Part shown: positions 10,101-15,581 of the stretch, piece by piece | How the letters are laid out: each line of letters begins with the position of its first letter | Numbering within the stretch: the stretch's first letter is position 1 | Assembly (NCBI GenBank): GCA_018268455.1 | Contig: JAFDWM010000003.1 | Span: 8,211 to 72,210 of the forward strand | Length of the DNA stretch: 64,000 bases | Source: Actinomycetota bacterium | GTDB taxonomy: Bacteria > Actinomycetota > Actinomycetes > Actinomycetales > Microbacteriaceae | Direction: 5' to 3' | Notes under the pieces: generated by a model | Told to the model about the DNA's origin: nothing | Seen by the model: the letters and a program-made list of their open reading frames with translations, nothing else | The model's database searches: none | Program-made: the position numbers and the translations under genes

Positions 10101-11108
10101 CGGCTCGCCGGCGCGCAGCGCCTCGCCGTCCATCTGCGCAGCGCACGCGACGACCGTCGCCTCGGTGGGTCCATAGGTGTTCCAGACCTCTCGGTCCTCC
10201 CCGACGAGCCGGGCGGCGAGCTCGGGCGGCAGCGCCTCGCCGCCGAAGATCAGCAGGCGCAGGTTCTCGATCGCGTCCTGCGGCCAGAGCGCCGCGAGCG
10301 TCGGCACCGTCGACACCGCGGTGATGCCGTGCCCAAGCAGCCACGGCCCGAGGTCTTCGCCGGAGCGCATCAGCGCGCGCGGTGCCGGCACGAGGCAGGC
10401 GCCGTAGCGCCACGCCAGCCACATCTCCTCGCAGGAGGCGTCGAACGCGACGGAGAGGCCGGCGAGCACACGGTCGCCGGGGCCGAGCGGCGCCTTCTGC
10501 AGGAACAGGTTCGCCTCGGCGTCGACGAACGCGGCGGCGGCGCGGTGGGTCACGGCGACGCCCTTGGGCACGCCGGTCGAGCCCGAGGTGAAGATGATCC
10601 ACGCATCGTCCTCGGGGGCGGGGCGAGGCACGGCGGTGATCGCGACGGAGTTCGGGTGCGGATCCGCTCCCGCGAACAGCCCGGATCCGCGCACTCCCCC
10701 CACGACATTCGACGGACCCGCGTCGGGGCTCGGCACGAACACCCCGCCCGCGCCGATCACGCCGCGCACCCTCGCCTCGCCGAACACCAGATCCGCCCGC
10801 TCCTGCGGGTCGTCCGCATCCACCGGCACGTACGCCGCACCCGCCGCGAGGGTGCCGAGGATCGCGATGTAGAGCTCGCGATCGCCGGACGGCATGCGGA
10901 TCCCGATCCGGTCGCCCCGCACGACGCCCTGCTCATGCAGGCGCGTGGCGGTGCGCCACACCTGGGCGAGCAGCTCGCCGTAGCTCAGGGCGCCCCGCGC
11001 GTCCTCGATCGCAGAGGCGTCCGGGGAGCGGCGCGCGGTGTCGACGAGGATGTCGATCAGCGTGCGCGGCGGGGCCGCGAGCGCGGCGCGGTCGAGGATG
11101 TCTTGCAT
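7149..11108 (-). CDS. Pls/PosA-family single-module non-ribosomal peptide synthetase (A-T plus three TM-flanked hexapeptide-repeat domains)
   Basis: A-domain cores: IIFTSGSTGVPKGV, NTYGPTEATV, GELVIGGVGLARYL, YRSGDLV, GRADDQVKIGGRRIELGEVE, SGKVDK. Carrier motif: FFQLGGGSLAAAQL. These are followed by three modules, each with paired hydrophobic helices plus a left-handed-beta-helix-like repeat. The start is taken at ATG 11108 (MQDILDRAAL...); the track ORF extends to 11195. Confidence 0.85.
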   Translation of the reverse strand: MQDILDRAALAAPPRTLIDILVDTARRSPDASAIEDARGALSYGELLAQVWRTATRLHEQGVVRGDRIGIRMPSGDRELYIAILGTLAAGAAYVPVDADDPQERADLVFGEARVRGVIGAGGVFVPSPDAGPSNVVGGVRGSGLFAGADPHPNSVAITAVPRPAPEDDAWIIFTSGSTGVPKGVAVTHRAAAAFVDAEANLFLQKAPLGPGDRVLAGLSVAFDASCEEMWLAWRYGACLVPAPRALMRSGEDLGPWLLGHGITAVSTVPTLAALWPQDAIENLRLLIFGGEALPPELAARLVGEDREVWNTYGPTEATVVACAAQMDGEALRAGEPVRIGLPLDGWELAVVDAEGNRVAEGEAGELVIGGVGLARYLDPVKDAEKYAPMPSLGWDRAYRSGDLVRYEQAGLVFQGRADDQVKIGGRRIELGEVEAALQNLTAVTAATVVVQRSEGGIPLLVGYVVPTEGFERQTARAELAETLPAPLIPLLAVMDELPVRTSGKVDKAALPWPLTDPDADDSTLTGTAAWLAEQWFAVLGTRPLDEDADFFQLGGGSLAAAQLVSRIRSRAPDFTMADVYDLPRLRRMADAVEADAGDEDDEPAEFHSSRPTPRRMQWIQTLLGVPLFVLGGIRWLLWLLTGSAFLHLVPGFEWLPSAPLWLLIAGLVVFATPFGRMAIAAGAARLLLVGVRAGDHPRGGGVHLRLWLAEQVSHQIDPVGFAGAPWVSYYARALGAKIGPDVDLHTLPPVTGMLDIGRGAAIEPEVDLSGYWIDGDTVRIGGIRIGAGAVVGARSTLAPGTRIGRGAEVAPGSAVFGRVRAGQRWAGSPAVRVGGKSAPLAPERPPTPRRWLWAYAASSMGLGLLPVLAFAAGALLLVQGARGAASLAAALPALAAWLVPAVLLTGFVFAGLVVAATRLLSIGLREGIHPVRGRIAWQAWTTERLLDSARTLLFPLYASLLTPTWLRLLGAKVGKEVEISTVLLIPSMTTIDDGAFLADDTMVASYELGGGWMRIAAARIGKRAFLGNSGMAGAGHKVPKDGLVAVLSVAPDKAKAGSSWLGSPPVRLRRVVNESDLERTYRPRTALRVARGLWELCRIVPVILTCALGLAVLLTLAALAASLGLGWTVVLSGLVLLVAGAVAAGFATAAKWIFVGPIRPGEHPLWSSFVWRTEVADTFTEMMAAPWFANAAAGTPALAVWLRSLGATIGKGVWTDSYWLPEPDLVTLGDGATVNRGCVVQTHLFHDRVMSIDTVTLEAGATLGPHSVILPAATIGSDATVGPASLVMRGETVPVGSRWSGNPIGPWRAVKVRSYQDAE

Positions 11109-11234
11109 CGGGTTCCGTTCGAACGGCTGCACACAGGGCGCGTGCGCGCTCAGGGTACCGCGGGCCGGGAAACAGCGGGTGAAGCGACCGCGCACCGCGC
11201 CTGCCGCCTGCGACCGTGCATCGTGGCGGATCGC

Positions 11235-11290
11235 TTGACACCCTCGATGTCTCCACTCAGACTGGCCTGATAAGCAAGCGCTCGCTTATC
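11235..11290 (+). promoter_or_regulatory. putative promoter (TTGACA-17 nt-CAGACT) followed by the palindrome GATAAGCAAGCGCTCGCTTATC, upstream of the SDR gene and in the divergent spacer with the NRPS gene
   Basis: TTGACA lies at 11235-11240 and CAGACT at 11258-11263. The 7-bp inverted arms GATAAGC/GCTTATC flank AAGCGCTC at 11269-11290, 18 nt before the ATG. Confidence 0.35.
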
Positions 11291-11307
11291 TCGAGAACGG
11301 ATCCGAC

Positions 11308-12090
11308 ATGACCGACGCCGACGCCCTCCCGCACCGCTTCGAGGGACAGGTCGCGCTGGTCACCGGCGCGAGCCGCGGCATCGGGTTCGCGATCGCGCAG
11401 CGCCTGGTCGCCGAGGGCGCCCGCGTCTGCCTCACCGCGCGCAAGCCGAATCCGCTGGCCGAGGCGGTCGCCGCGCTTCCCGCCGGCCGCGCGATCGGCG
11501 TCGCCGGCGGCAGCGGCGACCCCGCGCATCGCGCCGAGACGCTCGACACGATCGCGCGCGAGTTCGGCGGCCTCGACGTGCTGGTGAACAACGCCGGGAT
11601 GAATCCGGTCGCCTCCCCGCTCGTCGATCTCGACCTCGACATAGCCCGCAAGATCAACGAGATCAACCTGCTCGGCACGCTGGGCTGGATCCAGGGCGCG
11701 GTGCGCCACGAGGCCCTGCAGTTCGCCGCTCGCGGAGGACGCATCATCAACGTCGCCTCGGTCACCGGCTACACCCCGTCCGAGGGGATCGGGATGTACG
11801 GCGTCACCAAGGCCGCACTCATCCACCTCACCCGCACCCTGGCCGTGGAGCTCGGGCCCCGCATCCGCGTCAACGCCGTCGCGCCGGCCGTCGTGAAGAC
11901 GCAGTTCGCCCGCGCCCTGTACGAGGGCAAGGAGGACGACGTGACCGCCGCCTACCCGCTCAAGCGGCTCGGCACCCCGGAGGACGTCGCCGGCGGCGTC
12001 GCCTACCTCGCCTCGGACGACGCCTCCTGGGTCACCGGGCAGACCGTGACGCTCGACGGCGGGCTTCTCTCGGCGGGTGGCGCCGCTTGA
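11308..12090 (+). CDS. SDR family oxidoreductase (FabG-like)
   Basis: VALVTGASRGIGFAIA (TGxxxGxG), NNAG and YGVTKAAL (YxxxK); 260 aa. Confidence 0.9.
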   Translation: MTDADALPHRFEGQVALVTGASRGIGFAIAQRLVAEGARVCLTARKPNPLAEAVAALPAGRAIGVAGGSGDPAHRAETLDTIAREFGGLDVLVNNAGMNPVASPLVDLDLDIARKINEINLLGTLGWIQGAVRHEALQFAARGGRIINVASVTGYTPSEGIGMYGVTKAALIHLTRTLAVELGPRIRVNAVAPAVVKTQFARALYEGKEDDVTAAYPLKRLGTPEDVAGGVAYLASDDASWVTGQTVTLDGGLLSAGGAA

Positions 12091-12106
12091 GCGCACTGCC
12101 CCGAGC

Positions 12107-12493
12107 TCAGCCGGCCGGCGGGGTGCGCTTCGAGTCGGCGAGTTCGTCGACGACGAGCGAGCGCTCGTCGATCGTGCGGTTGCGGTAGGCCTGGCGTCCG
12201 ACCATGTGCGCCGACAGCGGAGCGGTGGCGAACTGCATCAGCACCACCGGCGCGACCAGCAGCAGACCCAGCAGGATCCCGATCACCGAGCGCTGCGACA
12301 GCGCGATCGCCAGGCAGATCAGCAGCAGCCCGAGCACCTGCGGCTTGGTCGCGGCATGCAGCCGGTTGGGCACGTCACGCAGCCGCAGCAGCCCGATCGC
12401 GGCGATGAGGCACAGCAGCGCGCCGATCAGCACGAGCACCCAGACGGTGACGTCGACGACGGCATCGGGGATCCGCCACTCGAACACGTTCAT
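12107..12493 (-). CDS. mrpG: Na+/H+ antiporter subunit G
   Basis: 128 aa with three hydrophobic helices. It is the last gene of the mrp operon and carries the motif LHAATKPQVLG typical of MnhG/PhaG. Confidence 0.85.
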   Translation of the reverse strand: MNVFEWRIPDAVVDVTVWVLVLIGALLCLIAAIGLLRLRDVPNRLHAATKPQVLGLLLICLAIALSQRSVIGILLGLLLVAPVVLMQFATAPLSAHMVGRQAYRNRTIDERSLVVDELADSKRTPPAG

Positions 12494-12536
12494 CGCTTCC
12501 CTCTCCCCTCTGGGCCCGGCACGGTCTCGTCGGCGC

Positions 12537-12809
12537 TCATGACGACGGCGTGTTGTCGCGGCGCGCGACGTAGCGCGCGACCGAGATGGATCCGAACACG
12601 CCCACCGCCGCGACGACGATCAGCACGGGCAGCGTGCGGGTGTGATGGTTGATGGCCATGTCGGCGCCGAGCACGCACATGACCTCGGTGAGCAGCACGT
12701 CGGCCGCGACGGCGCGGTCGAGGATCGACGGGCCGAGCACGATGCGGATCACCGCGAGCACCGCGGCGACCGCGAACACGATGAGCACGACCAGCAGCAG
12801 CGGATTCAT
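12537..12809 (-). CDS. mrpF: Na+/H+ antiporter subunit F
   Basis: 90-aa membrane protein (MNPLLLVVLIVFAVAAVLAVIRIVLGPSILDRAVAADV...). Its ATG at 12809 overlaps the mrpE stop, and its position in the operon fits. Confidence 0.8.
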   Translation of the reverse strand: MNPLLLVVLIVFAVAAVLAVIRIVLGPSILDRAVAADVLLTEVMCVLGADMAINHHTRTLPVLIVVAAVGVFGSISVARYVARRDNTPSS

Positions 12810-13453
12810 CGCTCCCCCTCCCCCGGCGACCGATGCGATCGGCCGGATCCATCCGAGCGCCCCGATCCCGCGAACGCGGCTCCGGCGGAGGCGCCCGCAC
12901 GCTGATCCGCGCGCAGGGCGGCAGCCTGCGCCGGCGACCCGAGCGCCCGCACGATCCGCCGCTCCCAGCGCAGCACGTCGGCGCGTTGCCGCTCCACGTC
13001 GCCGAGCGAGCGCACGCCGATCACGTGCAGATAGAGCGTGCGGCGATCGCGATCGGCCTCGACGACGAAGGATCCGGGGATCAGCGAGGCCGTGACCGCG
13101 ACGTGCGTCATGACGAGGTCGTCGGCGTAGCGCAGCGGCACCGCGATGATCGCGGCGCCCGGTGCGCGGCGCGGATCCAGCACCTGCCAGGCCACGCTGA
13201 GCGAGCCGTGCACGACCGCGGCGAGGAACTGCACGACCAGCACCGCCGCCCACCACACGTTGATCCGCCCGGACAGCTCGATCGTCGGAAGCCGGAACAC
13301 CCGCGTCACGAACAGCGCCGCGGCGACGCCGGTCACGAACGAGAGCGCCGTGAACTGGCCCCACAGCATCATCCACAGCACGATCAGCCAGAGCAGGAAC
13401 GGCAGCTGCACGCCGATCTCGCGCCAGATGCTGCGCTTGGTGCCGGGGCTCAT
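12806..13453 (-). CDS. mrpE: Na+/H+ antiporter subunit E
   Basis: The start ATG 13453 overlaps the mrpD stop (ATGA). It has N-terminal TM helices and fits MnhE. The C-terminus is longer than usual (Ala/Gly/Ser/Arg-rich). Confidence 0.8.
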   Translation of the reverse strand: MSPGTKRSIWREIGVQLPFLLWLIVLWMMLWGQFTALSFVTGVAAALFVTRVFRLPTIELSGRINVWWAAVLVVQFLAAVVHGSLSVAWQVLDPRRAPGAAIIAVPLRYADDLVMTHVAVTASLIPGSFVVEADRDRRTLYLHVIGVRSLGDVERQRADVLRWERRIVRALGSPAQAAALRADQRAGASAGAAFAGSGRSDGSGRSHRSPGEGER

Positions 13454-15009
13454 GACGACCCCTCGTCCTGGGTCAGCATGTCCAGATGCACCGGCTCGAG
13501 CAGGTGCGCGCCGATCCGGTCGCACAGCTCGTAGATGGGTCCGGCGAACACCGTCAGCGACAGGGTCACGGCGACCATGCCGCCGGTCGCGAACGTCATG
13601 ATGGTCGGGATTCGACGGCGCTCCTGCTGCTCGTCGGCGGCGGGCGCGCTGCCGAGGTGCGCGATGCGCTCGGCGTCCTCCGGCGCGTCGCCCTCCTTCT
13701 CGCGCCAGAACGCGAGGTTCCAGGCGCGCATGAGCGCGTACAGCGTGAGCAGCGACGTGAGCACGCCGCCCGCGATGAGCACCCAGATGAGCGGCGTCGC
13801 CACCTGCGCCGCGGCCTGGAACAGGGCGAACTTGCCGATGAATCCGGAGAACGGCGGGAGTCCGCCGAGGTTGATCGCCGGCACGAAGTAGAGCACGGCG
13901 ATCACCGGCGCCGCCTTCATGAGCCCGCGCACCTTCAGGATCGACGTGCTGCCGGCGCGGCGCTCCACGAGCCCGACCGCGAGGAACAGGGTGGTCTGCA
14001 CGATGATGTGGTGCACGATGTAGTACACCGTGGCGCCGACGGCCGCCGGGGTCACGATCGCCAGCCCGAACACCATGTAGCCGACGTGACTGACCAGCGT
14101 GAACGACAGGATCCGCTTCAGCTCCGCCTGCGCGACCGCGCCCAGGATGCCGATGACCATCGTGGCGAGCGCCACGATCATCAGCAGCGTGTTGACGCTG
14201 GAGTCGTTGAAGAGCTGCGTCTCGGTGCGGATCAGCGCGTACACGCCCACCTTGGTGAGCAGGCCCGCGAACACCGCCGTCACCGGGGCCGGCGCGGTCG
14301 GATACGAGTCGGGCAGCCAGAACGACATCGGGAACACAGCCGCCTTGATCCCGAACGCGACCACGAGCATGAGGTGCAGCACGAGCTGCGTGCTGGGCGG
14401 GATCTCGGTGATCCGCTCGGCGATCTGGGCCATGTTCACGGTGCCGAGCGCCGCGTAGATGAGCGCGATCGCGACGAGGAACAGCACCGAAGACACCAGC
14501 GAGACGACGATGTAGACGGCACCCGTGCGGATCCGCGATTCGGTGCTGCCCAGCGTGATCAGCACGTACGACGCGACCAGCAGGATCTCGAAGCCGACGT
14601 AGAGGTTGAACAGGTCGCCGGCGATGAACGCGTTGAAGATGCCCGCCGCGAGGATCAGGTACGACGGGTTGAAGATCGAGATCGGGGTCTCCTCCGCCCC
14701 ATCCGCGGCGCCCTGACCGACCGAGAACAAGAGCACCGCGACGAGCACGATGCTGGAGACCAGCACCAGCAGCGCGGCCAGCCGGTCGACGTAGAGCACG
14801 ATGCCGAAGGGGGCCGGCCAGCCGCCGACCATCACGGCGATCGGCTTCGTGCGGTCGACCACCACGAGCAGCGTCGCGGCGATCACCGAGACCGATGCGA
14901 GGGTCGCCACCGAGACGATCACCTGCACCCGGTTGTTACGACCGAAGGCGAGGGTGACGGCGGCACCGAGCAGCGGCAGGGCGACCAGCAGCGGGACGAG
15001 GGCGTTCAT
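13450..15009 (-). CDS. mrpD: Na+/H+ antiporter subunit D (NuoN/NuoM-like)
   Basis: 519-aa polytopic protein resembling proton-pumping NDH-1 antiporter-like subunits; its position in the operon fits. Confidence 0.9.
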   Translation of the reverse strand: MNALVPLLVALPLLGAAVTLAFGRNNRVQVIVSVATLASVSVIAATLLVVVDRTKPIAVMVGGWPAPFGIVLYVDRLAALLVLVSSIVLVAVLLFSVGQGAADGAEETPISIFNPSYLILAAGIFNAFIAGDLFNLYVGFEILLVASYVLITLGSTESRIRTGAVYIVVSLVSSVLFLVAIALIYAALGTVNMAQIAERITEIPPSTQLVLHLMLVVAFGIKAAVFPMSFWLPDSYPTAPAPVTAVFAGLLTKVGVYALIRTETQLFNDSSVNTLLMIVALATMVIGILGAVAQAELKRILSFTLVSHVGYMVFGLAIVTPAAVGATVYYIVHHIIVQTTLFLAVGLVERRAGSTSILKVRGLMKAAPVIAVLYFVPAINLGGLPPFSGFIGKFALFQAAAQVATPLIWVLIAGGVLTSLLTLYALMRAWNLAFWREKEGDAPEDAERIAHLGSAPAADEQQERRRIPTIMTFATGGMVAVTLSLTVFAGPIYELCDRIGAHLLEPVHLDMLTQDEGSS

Positions 15010-15581
15010 CGCGGCTCCTCCCCCGTGCTCTCCCCCGTGCTGCGGCCGCCGTCCGTGTCGGTCTGGTCGGGTGCAGCCGGCACCGGCCGGTCCACGGGCG
15101 CGTCGTCGACGAGGCCGGCGAGATCCTTCGCATGCAGCACTCGGATCGGCGCGGTCGCGACGCCCACGAAGTCTGTCGTCGCGTCGTCGTCCTCGAGGTC
15201 GACCTCGTCATCCATGAGGTCTTCCTCGATCTCCGTGCGCTCGCGCAGCGCGATGTCGGCCTCGTCGTCCTCGACGGTGTCGGCCTGGCCGAGCTGCCAC
15301 GAGCGGTAGATGAGGGCGAGCAGAAAGGCGCTCACCGCGAAGGTGATCACGATCGCGGTGAGCGTGAGCGCCTGCGGAAGCGGATCGCTCACCTCGCCCT
15401 CGGTGCCGTAGAACGGCGCGCGGCCGGGGCGGCCCATCACGATCAGCAGCAGCAGGTTGACTGCGTTGCCGAGCAGCAGGAACCCGATCAGCACCCGGGT
15501 GAGGCTGCGCTCGAGCATCGCGTACACGCCGCAGCCGAACAGCACCGCCATCACGATGATGAGCACGAGGGAGACGTCCAT
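15006..15581 (-). CDS. mrpC: Na+/H+ antiporter subunit C (NuoK-like) with an acidic C-terminal extension
   Basis: MDVSLVLIIVMAVLFGCGVYAMLERSLTRVLIGFLLLGNAVNLLLL... This is the last 576 nt of track ORF 15006..18347. The ATG at 15581 overlaps the mrpA stop. Confidence 0.85.
   Translation of the reverse strand: MDVSLVLIIVMAVLFGCGVYAMLERSLTRVLIGFLLLGNAVNLLLLIVMGRPGRAPFYGTEGEVSDPLPQALTLTAIVITFAVSAFLLALIYRSWQLGQADTVEDDEADIALRERTEIEEDLMDDEVDLEDDDATTDFVGVATAPIRVLHAKDLAGLVDDAPVDRPVPAAPDQTDTDGGRSTGESTGEEPR

Noticed and set aside
7620-11270. 1,216-aa plus-strand ORF covering the whole NRPS locus
   Set aside because: It is antisense to a gene with unmistakable NRPS motifs. Its translation is Arg/Gly/Pro/His/Glu-rich low complexity with no recognisable domain, which marks it as a typical high-GC shadow ORF.
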